Positions 25,700-40,823 of a stretch of DNA of 64,000 nt are shown in pieces. Made by a program: the position numbers and the translations under genes. The DNA lies in NCBI GenBank assembly GCA_003693705.1, contig RBZT01000771.1, positions 43,592 to 107,591 on the forward strand, written 5' to 3'. The stretch's first letter is position 1. The number at the start of each line of letters is the position of its first letter. The notes under the pieces were generated by a model. The model was not told the origin of the DNA and did not search any database. It saw only the letters and a list, made by a program, of their open reading frames with translations. The DNA comes from Polymyxa betae A26-41 (taxonomy: Eukaryota > Protista > Endomyxa: Phytomyxea).

Positions 25700-26335
25700 T
25701 TATCGAAACGTTTTGGCAAATGTTTCTCTTGCCGTTTGAAAGGCTTGAGCTAATGATTGTTCAGTAATTGGGGCGTCTTTATCGGCACCCTTCATTGTGA
25801 CTCCATCGATAACGGTTTGACTTTCGTTTTCTAAGATGATGCCATCATCAATAATTTCATCGACAGTTAGAAGCAGAAGATCCAAGTTGTCGATCAATAA
25901 TGGGCGATCAATTGGAGCTCGAAGGAGTGCTGCGAGGCTCTCCTCGAGACACATCAAAACTTGAGCAAGTACAATCTCATTCTCATCATCAGATCCAATC
26001 ACATATAATAATGCATCAGAGCAGAAATGGAAAACTGCTACATAGCCATCAAACATGACAACTTCCGCTAGATTTCCACATTAGTCATCAAACCATTAGT
26101 ATGACACACAAAACATACAATCTTTTCTGGCATTGAGTATTTTACTAGTCTTAGCAAACAGAGACTTTTCTAGAGCGTGCTGGGAGTCCAGCGACATTAG
26201 ATTTGGATCGAAGTATTTGACACCAATTCGAGCACCATCGGCGTCCAACACTATAACCGCTTTCACCAAAGTCTGGACCTAGGTTGACATCGACATCAGC
26301 GAATGGTCCAGCACTGGCGACGCGACTGCTACCAT
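25700..26335 (-). CDS. COPZ: Coatomer subunit zeta (first coding exon appears to be the ATG only)
   Basis: ATG|VQTLVKAVIVLDADGARIGVKYF..YVIGSDDENEIVL..NLDLLLLTVDEIIDDGIILE..EQSLAQAFQTARE. Confidence 0.9.
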
Positions 26336-27074
26336 GTCAACGTATACCGACAACCCAGCGACGACGACCCAAGTAATTATGCGTGCGACGAAGCTCTTGC
26401 TGTCTCTCACTACGAGACGCTTCGCGATGACAGCGATGAGGCCGAATGGGGTCTGTCTCGAAATGGGCTGCGTTCACAACAAGAAGTGATCAGTGATTTT
26501 CTTCTTGGCTCGGCCACCTGTACTGTGTAGTAGTGTAACTTCTTACCTCTCATTTGTCAATGTTGGTTGTCAATCTTCATCTTGGCATTCCAGGCAGACT
26601 GAAGCAGCTTCGAGGTCATGGCATTGATGACATCGTTGGTTTCGAATATTTAGTATTTTGCCAACATTATCAGTTGCTATCGTACGAGATCTTTTACTTT
26701 ATGCTGACATGAAATCTTGGGCTTGACTTCAGCATCTATAGAAATACACAATTCTCATTGGGTTTGGGTACTATACTGCTTAATTCAGTTTATAACAACA
26801 AGCTTCATTTCGTCTGCTTCTGAGATACAGCTCTTTGCGTTTCAATGTTTCTTAGCGAATCTAGCTCATCAAGAATTACAATCTTACTTTATTGAGACAA
26901 ATTGCCAATAGCATCGTTATCACTTTCGAATCAACATCAGTGCTGCTTTAATGAGCTCTATTATCAGCTTCTATCTTCTGTTCTTTCAACGTCCCTGTTA
27001 AGAACTTTCGTGAATGATATTGCTTTCACAATAGCGTCTTGCTCTTGGTAATTGCATATCGAACAACACTTAAT

Positions 27075-28371
27075 CTAAACAGTCCTATAACGCTGCGCTG
27101 TATTATTATTTTGAAAATCGTTCAGAGTCGATTCAATCGCGTTCATGGCGCACTGCAGCAATTTCAAATCAGTTTCCTCGAAGCCCATATGGGCTACTCG
27201 GAATATTCGATCACCGATATGTTCGAGATGATCACCAACATCAACGTCAAATTTGGTGAGCAGGGTCCTACGAAATTCGGTACCGCATATCTTTGTAGGA
27301 ACCTTAAAAACGGTGCCCGTTGGAGACGAGCACAATGGCGACGATACAAACAGCTCCAGCCCCAATGCAGCACCTCGTTGGATGACATAGTCTTTAGCTC
27401 GAGCGTGACGTTCGATGAGATTGTTTTCGGAAAGCAGACGCTGAAGGCTTATATACAGATCCAATAGGCCCGGCCGCCAATGCTTGTAAGGGATTGCATG
27501 GTCTCGAGTTCGATAAGCATAACGCCATTCTAACAGGCTATCATAACCGTAATATTTCACCTGATCGATTCGGCTCCAGGCTCGTTCAGATACCATCACT
27601 ATCGACTGCACCGGAGGCAATCCCAGAGCCTGTTGAAGGTTTGAAAGATTTCGAAAAAAAACATTCAAACTAGACCTGTTCCACACCAAGACAGGCGATA
27701 TCAGCTCTCCAGCTGGCAAGATCGATAGCTGTGCTGCCAGCGCTGGAAATCACATCGATCACATAGAGGGCGTTGACTTCATCAGCGATCTGTCCGATGC
27801 CAGCCATAATTTCATTGCTATTAATCAATCCTGTAGCGACTTCGCAATGAACGACAGTGATAATCTCAGGGCGGAAAGCTCGGGCCGCCGAACAGACCGA
27901 ACTGAGGTCGATCGGCGAGTTGAAAGGGAACGCCAGCTCTGAGATCGCCAACAGATCCCCGAACGATTCAGCCAGGCGGACGAAATGATCGCCGCCAAAC
28001 CCATTCACAACGCAGAGGATCTTCGTTCGACAGCAGATCGACGATCCTGCTGCATACGGCGACGCGATTGAAGATGGAAGAAGCGACTTCAGGGCGCTCC
28101 AGGGACCCATCGTCACCGCCCCAATCTTACAATCCATCAGATTATCATTTGTTAATGGAGAAATTCTAACCTGAATAACAGGAGTCATTGTAGCAGGCGC
28201 TTTCAGCAGCTGACGAATAAGATTCTGAGAGCCGGTGTAGAGAGAGGGGAAATCTAAGCCACGCCCTGCGCCAGACGCCTCAGAGCCGGGTTCCTCGGGA
28301 TTTGGGGTTTCATGGATCCGAAACGAATCGGGATCCGTTTTCTGGCGATCGCCGCCGCTATTGACCGTCAT
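27075..28371 (-). CDS. Class V PLP-aminotransferase-fold protein (AGT/PhnW-like), apparently lacking the Schiff-base Lys
   Basis: VVNGFGGDHF, VVHCEVATG, YVIDVISSAG, DIACLGVEQ|ALGLPP, FRVAHMG. Confidence 0.8.
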
Positions 28372-28694
28372 TTGTCGCGCTCTTCATGGATAATGAGGCC
28401 GATCGCAATCGGAAACACCGACTGGACAATATTGTGTCTCTGGTTACCTCGCCCTTGCAATTTGTAAAATCGCTTTGCGAACTGTAAGATCGATTGCGTC
28501 ACAATTCTTTTAAGAATTCGTCGTTATTGGGAATACAATTTGAGTAAATTACGCTCTCATACGAACATCTGTCTGCTATAGCTGGAGCCACATTCTATGC
28601 TGCTATGTAACATTATCACGGTAAGTTCAAAAGGTTTTCTCTTCAACTGCGTGATAGCCTTTATTGATTGCAATCGATTCGGCTCGTTCTAGCT

Positions 28695-29034
28695 ATGGCT
28701 GAAGCCTGGCGGAAGCATCCCCTGCTTACCAATATCATCAACAGCAAACATGTTTTTCCGGGATGGAAGTTAGGAGTCGGCGCCTTCCTCCTTTACTGGG
28801 CTTACGAAGGCGCTCAAAGCGCAGTATGTTTTCTGGTTCATGCTGAAAACGATATAAATCTTATTGTTATAGATTGAAAGGCAGAAGGCTTTCGAGGCCG
28901 CGAAAGCAAGCGGGAAACCTGTTGCTGACCATGGAGCGCGCCATCATGAACCAGCAACACCTAAATGGATTATTACGAAGAAGTTAGGCGATAGAGTTGA
29001 AGTCGAACGCAACCCCGATTACGTCGAGGATTAA
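28695..29034 (+). CDS. NDUFB3: Complex I subunit NDUFB3/B12-like (2 coding exons)
   Basis: EAWRKHPLL..HVFPGWKLGVGAFLLYWAYE resembles the plant/protist B12 motif; single TM helix. Confidence 0.7.
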
Positions 29035-29647
29035 GAGTTGTTGCAAACTGATCGATCCATTAGAACAGTTTATCTAAACGTTCGCATTGGTGTCTCGAAA
29101 ATTCGCTCTAAACCAAATTCGTTGATTATCGCTCCCAGTTATTTCGCGTTGAGGCAATCTCTACACGAGGACTGGCAATTAGCCTTACATGGCTCAGATG
29201 CTCTAATTTGAGGTCACGCTTGCTTAACCGATTTGGCTGAAAGGCAAGGCAGGGGGCTCCCTAATTACAGGCGTTGGCCACGTGCTTATGTTTTGCAACG
29301 CTTTTTGTTAATATTCAGTGTGGTTCGTCCGACCTGGTCTTGGTAGCGCTTGGCTCTTTCTTGCGCAGGCTACAACAACTTGGTCATTACGCGGGATAGG
29401 ACTTCTATCGTGAAAACCCTCATCATTCGGTCAAGATATTGTCATATAATCCATGAAAACAGCCATCGCTTTAGCTACTGTAGATAGGTTGCACTTTCGC
29501 GATGTGGAATGCAAAGTATATCATTGAAGCAAGTTGGGCCAACATTTGAAACGGCGATATTGCAATGACAATATTTATGTCAGTTTAGCACACTTGCAAT
29601 TCGGAAATTACGTCCATTGCAGTAGGTATCGTTTATGAACAGTGATT

Positions 29648-31720
<2,073 letters not shown>

Positions 31721-31773
31721 TGATTGCAGTAGCTTGATGGTATCTGATAGGATGATGCGCACATTAGCTACAA

Positions 31774-31857
31774 CTTGAAGGGAGTCCAATTTTCAAAATG
31801 ATAACGTAAGCTCACCTTGAAGGTAAACCAATTTTCAAAATGATAACGTAAACTCTC
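31774..31857. repeat. 42-bp tandem duplication in the NAP-LAP intergenic gap
   Basis: CTTGAAGG....CCAATTTTCAAAATGATAACGTAA occurs twice. Confidence 0.85.
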
Positions 31858-31918
31858 TATTAGACAAGGTAGCAGTTGGAATAGATTTTAATGGGAGAGT
31901 TATTCACAGATAAAAAGG

Positions 31919-32670
31919 TTAATCTTCGGCATATACAGCTAGAAATGCCTGTAAAGGGTTCGTCCAAAGGCCTTCTCGAATGACATCGGCGACGACGTCG
32001 TCGGCGGTGGTGGATTCCTCCGAGAACCAATCCACGAACCAGGAACTGGGGTGGCTTTCAGGCAGCTGTGGGTCGTTCCATGCAATTTGAGTAGGCACGA
32101 TCGTGGTTTCACCTAATTTTGAAATCAATTGCGATGTTTGACGACTCAAATGTGATACCTTCGTCGCTAAATTGGAACGATTTGGATAGACAGCTATTAT
32201 GAAAATATGGATTCTCTTTGAAAAAGAGGCTAATTGTGTATCCTGATTTGATATCTTCACTTTCGTCAACCCGAAGTTCGGTCAAATACTGTAAAATGTC
32301 CCTATCAATCGATTCGAGTAAATGCTGCAAAGTCTCATGATGACAGAACTGAGATCGCATTTAGTCCAGATAATGAGATGAGAAACACCTCGACAGACCG
32401 CTTGAGACCAAAAATTTGGAATTTCGTCGATTAATTCCTGGCGACTTTTATAAATAGGCTTCCTTTTTAAATTATATTCTCTCTCGATTTGCAAAATTTT
32501 CGAGGCTACCTGGACAAAAAATTAGAGAACGGCTGCCAGCGAGGCCTATCGCCCCTGACCTCGTCTTGGTATTGCTCCAGCGTGTTCTGCAAATCATCAA
32601 GCCTCTCGATCGGATCAGTGCTGTCCCCAACCTTGCGTCTCTTGCTGAACGGTTCACCATTACTATTCAT
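31919..32670 (-). CDS. NAP/SET-family histone chaperone (multi-exon)
   Basis: LQIEREYNLKRKPIYKSRQELIDEIPNFW, FFKENPYFHNSCLSK, SWFVDWF, IREGLWTNPLQ. Confidence 0.88.
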
Positions 32671-32880
32671 CTGGTCAACGCCGTGCAATCGCCTCTAAAA
32701 TAGGAAATGTCGGACTGCGCTTTTCATCTCCCACAAGAATCCAACTTTATACAGCCTTCACCAACACCGTTCTAAATGCTTTTAAACATCAACACGAGCA
32801 AGAAAGCGCAAATGTAAAAATGAATCAAATGGGATGAGGTTGCGCCGCTCTGTCAGACAGATCCTTTCACGAAGCTGAAG

Positions 32881-34644
32881 ATGTCTCCTACTGTGCCATT
32901 TCCTTCTGTGACTCCAGCCAGCCTTAGTCATCTTCGTTCCATCTCGCGCCGTTCAGCGGCCGCCGATGAACAACCTGAGAAATTACCTGAATCGGATCTC
33001 GAGCAGGAATCCATCGATTGGTGACGCTGCTGCTCTTCAACCAGCGCCGCCAGAAACGCCTACCAGAAGTCACAAATATGACGACAGGTAAATCATTAGA
33101 AATGTTTCTAGCGTATTAGTTTATTCAATGCCAATCAAGGCTGTCGGATTTTGAGAGATGTCTTCGTGGTCCTGTAATCCCGCTTCATATTTGTAGAATG
33201 CTGTGCTTCGGTGGAATCCCTGATTGCAAGGGCTTACGCTCTCTATGTTGGAAGGTGTGAGCTGTATGCAACCCATAAGCAATATGTAATTTGATGTTAG
33301 ATCCTGCTAGGGTATCTGCCTACAGATAGGAACTTATGGCCAGAAGTTCTTGAAAAAAGACGAGCGGAATATGAAAAAATAGCTTCCGCGATCTTGGTTA
33401 ACCCTTTTCAAGTGGACCAACAAGAGAATGCTGTAAATAGCCATGTACGAGGAGTCGAAGTGAATCCTTTACCTGAAGTGAATGCTGCCGATGTCACCGA
33501 AGACGTAATCGACAATCCGCTGCTTATTCCTGGAACTAATGCAAAAGAGACTACATGGGGGAGGTTTTTTGATAATAATCATCTACGAGGCGAAATTGCA
33601 AAAGATGTTCAAAGGCGAGTTGGACGGTGTCGCTACTTCTAATAGCCCTGCTGAACTCAGATTGTGTTTAGGACTCACTCCGGAATGCACTTTTTCACAC
33701 AAAAACTGGATTACTCTGAATCGTATTCCAAATTGAAATCCGGCGATGTTAAAGCGCAATTCGAGACTCATCATGACGTCATGGCTCGTATTCTCTTCCT
33801 GTTTGCTAAAGTAGGACGCTCGTGACTGCGCTCCCACAATTATGATTCAATGGCATGTAGTTAAACCCTGGGGTGCGTTATGTTCAAGGCATGAATGAGC
33901 TTCTTGCTCCAATTTATTATGTCTTCGCCCAGGATCCTGATGATTCTTTTCGTCAGTGTGCTGAAGCTGACGCTTTCTTCTGTTTCACTGGTGTAATGGG
34001 AGAGCTGAAGGTAGTTTAACACAGTGTGCAGCATAATCTACTTACCTGTATTAGGATCGTTTTATTGCTAGTCTAGATTCTTCAGATACAGGAATTAGCT
34101 CTTGTATTGAGGAATTCAGGGATCTTCTGAGAAAAGCGGACCCAGAGCTCTACTTGCATTTAGAAAAACAGTCGGTTGATGCGAGATATTACAGCTTAAG
34201 GTCACTTCATTATCGGTACCTGCGAATCGAGAACTTATCGTCAGCATAGGTGGTTGACTCTGCTCTGCAGTCAGGAGTTCCGATTACCAGATGTGCTGCG
34301 TTTATGGGATTCGCTATTTTCCGATCCTTTAAGATTTGAATTTCTGCAATACTGCTGTTGCTCAATGTTAATGTAAACAATTGTCCAAATTTGTTATGTT
34401 TCTGAGCCGACACTGCCCTCTCAGATGTATTCGTTCGCAATTGTTGTCAATGGACTATATCGGCATCCTCCAGATGCTCCAATCATATCCTGATGCGGGT
34501 ACATTGTAAAATGTGTCGCCAGAACCCCTGGGCTAACTTATGGCCACAGATCTAATCAACATTCTGAATGGAGCAGAAGAACTAATGCAGAGGATAACGG
34601 GTCGCCCGCTAACCTTTGCTGAAACTGATGTTTATACAACTTGA
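32881..34644 (+). CDS. TBC-domain Rab GAP (TBC1D13-like; multi-exon; start approximate)
   Basis: GGIP..LRSLCWK|ILLGYLP, IAKDVQR|T (Arg finger), LNPGVRYVQGMNELLAPIYYVF (Gln finger), EADAFFCF. Confidence 0.88.
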
Positions 34645-34973
34645 TTATGCAAATGCTGGTAGACCAGCGGTTTTTAAATTATAAGGATAGTTTACTAAAG
34701 AAATTACATCGGCACCGATTGTTTGCAGATTTTTTTCTATGCACAGTACAACTGTGGGCAGTGTATTATAAGGATGCTTTCCAGGTCCAGCCATTGAGGC
34801 ATACGGCGTGCACGTATTGTCCTGTCATGTGTTGTAAAAGATCTGGAATGAGCAGAAAAACTAGCGCGGAGGATGATGGGCCGACAATCGACCATTAATG
34901 CTTAAACTGATGCCAATAACACTTGATTATGTAAATGTTGATATGCAGTGCTATATTAAGACATTTCAGAATT

Positions 34974-37651
34974 TTAATATCGGCGCCGTTTCTTCTTATG
35001 GGAATTTTTGGCAGATTTTCTCGTTTTTGCAAAATGATTCCCGCTGCGTACTTGTTTTGAAAGCTGCGAATCTCTTTGCTTTTCTCTGACCGCTTGGCTG
35101 TGCTTCGTAAGCATAAACGGTTTGAGCCTCTTCTTTTCCTCATTGGTGGCACTGTTGCCTCCCTTCTTTCCACCAGGCATAAACGTTTGTTTGCGCTGCA
35201 ACGAATTAGAGCGGCCTGGAACAGTGAGCACAGTATTACCTCTTCCTGGTTAGCTTTGATCAACTCCAATCTTTCTTCGAGACGCTTCCGCTTGCGCTTA
35301 GATGAAGCCTCCAGATCCATTGGATTGACAGAAGTTCCTTCTTCCGAATACGATCTTTTCTTGGATAAGCCAGCAGCTTGCTTCTCCTTTTCCAATTTTT
35401 CAAGAAGCTCGAAATCTTTTGGAGTAAGAATCTCAACAGCACCCAGAGGAAGTGATGACTGCTTTTCCAAGGCCTCGGCAGCAGCAATTTTCTCGTGAAA
35501 ATCAGCAGCTTCTTCTTCATCTAATAGAGAAGGAACAGATTCCTCACCATCTGTATCATTATTAAACAATTGGTTAACCCAGTACAAGATCTAGATACCG
35601 CTATCCTCATCGCTGTCATCGTCCGAGTTTTCAGACATGCTCTCATCTTGATCCCATTCATCGTTCTCAGAATGTTCTCCTTTCTCAACATGCAATAAAT
35701 GAACACCAGGAACATCAGCTGGAATTTGCTCCTCTCCATATTCTTGCTGGACCTAAGATACAAATAAGCGCTGAGCATTCCTCAAATACAGATAGCACTA
35801 CGGGGATTCCTTCAGGAAGACGACCGCGATCCTTCTTTTGTAAGAGCAAAGGGTTCACCTGCCGGAACAGAGTAATGAGAGACCTGGCAGCCATCACAAC
35901 CTGAGGATGACATTAGAGATCGGGGTCTGTGAGACAAGGTAGGCACGAACACTCTTATCGCGATGATCTTTGTACTGAGACAGATCATGAAGCAAAATGG
36001 CGTTCATACAAAGAGGTTGACGAGCACAAATAGCTCTTTAAAAAACGTCAGAGCTGGCGATTTTTCAGAAACATTGCAGGCATTACCGGATAGAATTGAT
36101 TCCGACCGCCATGGCTTCCGGACGGCTGCGATCATTAACGAACTGATCAGCGATCGCTTTGACGATCGGTTCGAGGACGTCCGGAGGAATCTTGCTGTGA
36201 CAGGATTGCACCAAGAACGACATGATCGTTGTCACATTCTTAACATGAGCTTGCAGATAGCGCTAGACAGATCAAATAAGCAATAAAATGGAATTGACTA
36301 TTAACTTAACGCACCTGTAAGAAAGGATAGAGATTCAGCAGGAACAAGCAGTGTTCATTAACAAGCCTCGAGATGACATTCATCATAAGCTGGCGAACAG
36401 AAAACGCCTGCCGCTTATTAGACATTGTAAATGCTTTCATCAGTTTCAGCATACCTCCTTCGTCGTTCGCAGCTTGGAGAACAATCGCTCAGCGAATGTC
36501 TGCGGATCATAAATCATGGAGATCGGACCCTGCTCGATCTTTGGTCCGAGCTCTTGTTTCTTTTCGGCTTTCTTCAACTTCTCTTTGGCTCTGATAAGAC
36601 TCTAAGATGATAGCAACGACCACAAATAAAACCTGCTACCGTTCAATGGCACGTTCGCGCTTCTTCTTTTTCGAGCTGACATTGGCACCGCACGCGTTCT
36701 CACGAATCATCTTCATAGCCATGCGAATCGACTGGCCCAGCTTCTCGCCACCTTCTTCATCGGCGTCATCGGTAAACGAATCGCACAGCAAAAACCTTTG
36801 ATCAAAAAATCAGTCTCAAGAGTCATGGCATCACGAAACAACCTCAGGGCTGCGGTCGTCATCTTCGACGACGTCGAAAACACCGCCTCGGCCATGATAT
36901 TGGCGGTCTTGTCATTCCTCCAGACATTCTTGCGGAACAGCTCAACAGCCGCACCCAGCGCCTTTAAACTCTGAACCTCAGACCTCTCTGTAGCACCCTC
37001 TATAAGCGCAATTAGTGACCCCAGCAGAGCCACCCCATCACCCCATTCTATACCATTCTGCCCTCTCTTATCACTAATCAGCTCATAGACGAAACAGCGA
37101 TGGGCGCGCTGCTCAAGGCCGGTGCCCTTCTCCTCGACCCGAACGATGTTCGAGACCAGATCGCCGAACACCAGCAGTCGCAGCGCCTTATCGGGGATCT
37201 CGAACAGCGAGAACCAAACCGGCAGCAGATCCAGCGACGCCTGGACGCCTCGGTTCCTGAGCAAAGCCAGCGCCTGCACCGTCGCTTTTCGTAGCGGCGG
37301 CGACATCGTCGATGCCCGATCACGAAGCATCTTTAGTAAGAGGCCCGGCAGGTCTTTGACGCCGTCCAGCGAGCCCCAATAGAGAGGCAGGCAGTGCGAC
37401 ACGAATTCGATAACGTCGGCAAAATGGTGATCATGTTGGCTCTGGGCGCGAGCCGCTCCCGGGTCGCCGCCTTGGTTTTGGACGTGGCCGGTGATGGCGG
37501 TCAGATCGACGAGATTGGTGGCGATCAAGGAGCGCAGATGCGACGCCTGCTGTTGGAATTCGGCAACATAGGCGCCCGGGTCTCGTTTCAGAAGGTTTCG
37601 AAGCGAGAGTAGATTGGAGCAGTCTGACGCCAGGTACTGCTTGGTGGCCAT
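34974..37651 (-). CDS. SDA1: SDA1 60S biogenesis factor (multi-exon)
   Basis: LRNLLKRDPGAYVAEF, ALALLRNRG, DKS|VVMAARSLITLFRQVNPLLLQKKDRG, EILTPKDF, TNEEKKR.KPFM. Confidence 0.9.
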
Positions 37652-39054
37652 GGCGACAGGATTCCCCCGATCGAACTGCCTCAGACTCCGTCACGGACTC
37701 CGATTTTCCAATTTCGATGACTGATTGGCTGCAATTTTGCCAATTTCGGTGCCTTTTTCCTGATTTTCTTTTGATTCGATCAGCTCGAATTCGTTTTTTC
37801 ACTGATTGAATCATTGACTAATTTAAAATGAACCGAATGCAAACTTGGCTCAATAGATGTAATGGCAACAGATGATGCACAATCTGTTTCATACAGGGAG
37901 AAAGATTAGAGTGGAACCTGCTCAAGATCCATTAACTAATATTCGTAAACAGTGAGACACAAGGGCTGCCCTTTCTTCGGTTTTCCAGAACTTTTTGACT
38001 ATATGTCTGTATTGTTTTCTCTTTTAGCGAAACAGTAGGTAGGAATCTGCCCACAGCTCCAGGCTTATTTTATCGAAGCTCGACGAAAACGTTGCTAACC
38101 TCACAGTTGGTAGAATGGATTCCTGATACCGTGCTTAGATTGTTGTCTGGCTGTTGCTCAGACATTAGCAATTAGAATATGATCACTTTCGGTCCACCGG
38201 CTAGAGAGAAGTTCATCGACCGATCAATCGCTCAAACGTTGATAAAGAATCCAAACAATTAAGCATATGACGCGCTACTAACAATCAAAGAGAGAGTTTC
38301 ATTGTAATACAAAACCTAATCAACACGATCGTTTTCAATAAAAAAAACTTGAAATTAGCTACAAAATAATGCCCGCATTGATTCCAATAGAATGTCATGA
38401 GGTCCAGCAATTTTTTGTAAGATCTGGCCGCCATTAAGGTTGATGGATTATAGACATTTGTATGCGTCGATGGTTATTGATTAAGAGCGCGTGTCCTTGT
38501 ATAGGACAATCTGCTTGCCAGCATTGCCTTCAAAACAGATGGCATTGGTACTGAACCTATTCCTGCTGGTATAATAGCATGAAATTCACTATTGCAGATC
38601 ACGCCCTCACTATCCTCGCTATGAAATGGGAGTACGTCATTGTACTCCGCTGGTGGGAAGCCAGCCAGTAAGACAGAGTGGAATGGGACGGATCCGTGTT
38701 GACTGGCTGCGAGGCCGCGATCGTGCCGCAACGGCGCGGTGCCTGGTGCGGCATGCGGGGCCCGTCGCCGAAGGCCGTCAGCGTCGGAGCGAGAAGGGAC
38801 GAGCGGGGCCATGGGACCCACCCCGCCGATTAATCCCTCCGCGATCGATCTGGGCATGAGTCACGCAGTTTCCGTCGGACGGAGTCACGCAAAGTTTGCT
38901 CCCGACATAGAGAAGGGAGCGCAGTTTTCCAAATCTCCCGATATGGGGACGGAATCTCGATTGTCAATTCGAATTCCACTCCTGGAATCGAGCTTCGTTC
39001 CGATCCGCCGCCGTGGTCGCCAAGCTGCCGCTCACGGACGACACCCCGGCTGAG

Positions 39055-40521
39055 ATGTCCGGCCAGAAGCGCAAGCGTCTGACGCCGGGCCTCAGCGGCT
39101 TCACTAAAGTCGGGACCAGTGATGTTAGTGGGCCGGCCCGGTCGCCCCACGACCCCATTGAAAATGTCGCGCAGGGACTGAACCCGCCCGGCGTCGATCC
39201 CCTGTCCATGTCGTTCGCCGGCGCTGGCGCCGGATTCTCCTGTGAGACGCCCACCATGGCGCCCGTATCGACGCCGGCCACCGGGCCGCCGGCCACCGCG
39301 AAAATGTTCCGATTTAGCCCGCGGCTGTCGGCGTCGTCCGGCATCTTCAATTCGCCCAGTGCGTACCCGGCCCAGTCGTTTGCGTTACCCATTGTAACCT
39401 TGCCTCTGTTCAGTGTTCAGCGTTCAAACTCCGGTCTTCGAGTATCAGTCGGCGCCGAACGTTTTCCATAATTCGTTGCTGTCGCATGGCGGCGCGGGAT
39501 CCGGCGCTGTGGCACCGCACTTCGGCGCGACGTCCGCCATGGGAGGTGGAGCGCCGCAGCAGTCGCAGCAACATTCCGGTCTGATGTCGCCGATCCCGTT
39601 CATGGAATCACCCACGACAATGTATAGCCACGATCTGCAACAGCATTCGTTAACGATGGACAACCCGCCGGGTCTCTCGCTAGCAGGGTAACTGTAAAAC
39701 CCTAAAACCCTAGCCGGGGACTGATCTCTCGTGCAGGACGCAGCCACAGAATTCGGTTCTGGAGCGATTCAAGAAGTTCTTCGATAATCAGCGTATGCCG
39801 GCGGATTTCGGGAGCCCTTCAATGTCTGTAGGAGGTTCCTCCATAAACGATTCCTTCTCTCTTGGGATGCCATTTCAATCGCGAGATTCGCCCTCGAACA
39901 AACCACCAATACCTCTCTCTGACAATCAGCAATCCGTACCAACACCTGCCGCTGACGACGATGAGATCTCTTCCGGCGATTCTCACGAACTATTAAGTAA
40001 GCGGCTGTCCTCTCAGCTTCATGCGTTCTCAAAGGCGATCAGGTCCAGGGACGAACCCGGAGCTGGCCGAATCGCTGCTGCGATCTGGCAGCAGCTGCCA
40101 TCAGTGTAAAAGCCGCCGAATGCAGGGCTACCTATCGTTCTGTTCCGGGGCGAAATCCAAGCGCAAATCGTGTCGAAAGAAGTATTGTGATGCGTGTTTA
40201 GCGAAGTTCTATCAGATGGCTCCATCCAGGAATAGATCTGCACGAGAACAGACCGTATGGTCGTGTCCATCGTGTCAAGGAATCTGCTGCTGTGCGGCAT
40301 GCCGACGATCGAAAATCCAGCAGAATCAGGCGTCCAGAATGCAGATGCAGCAGCAGTACGCGAAGACGCCCGAGCTGTACTCGCCCGCCACATCGATGGC
40401 CGTCGGCCTCGTGTATTTCGGCGATTTCGACCTGCTGGATGGATCGATACCGATCCAGCTGCCACCACCCGCGATGTCCTCCAGGCAACCGGAGCCGTTG
40501 GCCTTCGCATCACTGCAATAA
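39055..40521 (+). CDS. Low-complexity protein with C-terminal zf-4CXXC_R1 (CDCA7/JPO1-type) zinc finger
   Basis: GSSCHQCKSR..CRKKYCDACL..WSCPSCQGICCCAACRR; NLS-like KRKR near the start; short introns. Confidence 0.8.
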
Positions 40522-40823
40522 TAATTTATTCGAGTACTGGACCAACATACACACTGCTCGCATGCGTTATCTCATGCGTGCTACACACAAATATGGCGTC
40601 AATATATTAATAAACGGCGCTAACAAACATCTTAATGAGACAGGTTGTTGTCCCCGTGTCAGATAGAACGTAAATTGTAACAAATTGCAGCAGGATCAGC
40701 TGTCAATTGGAAGCGGAATGGCATCCGAATTGCGAATGAGATCCGTTTGTGAGCGATGGTAGGACGGGGATAATAGACGATAGAGCGTCACGGACTGCGC
40801 TACGGACCACATTTCCTTGATTA

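Noticed and set aside
29040-29600. Possible ncRNA in the gap between NDUFB3 and LAP
   Set aside because: No recognisable snRNA, snoRNA or tRNA motif, and no convincing long stem by eye.
38090-38140. tRNA D-loop-like CAGTTGGTAGA
   Set aside because: No T-loop (GTTCRA) or acceptor stem at the proper spacing.
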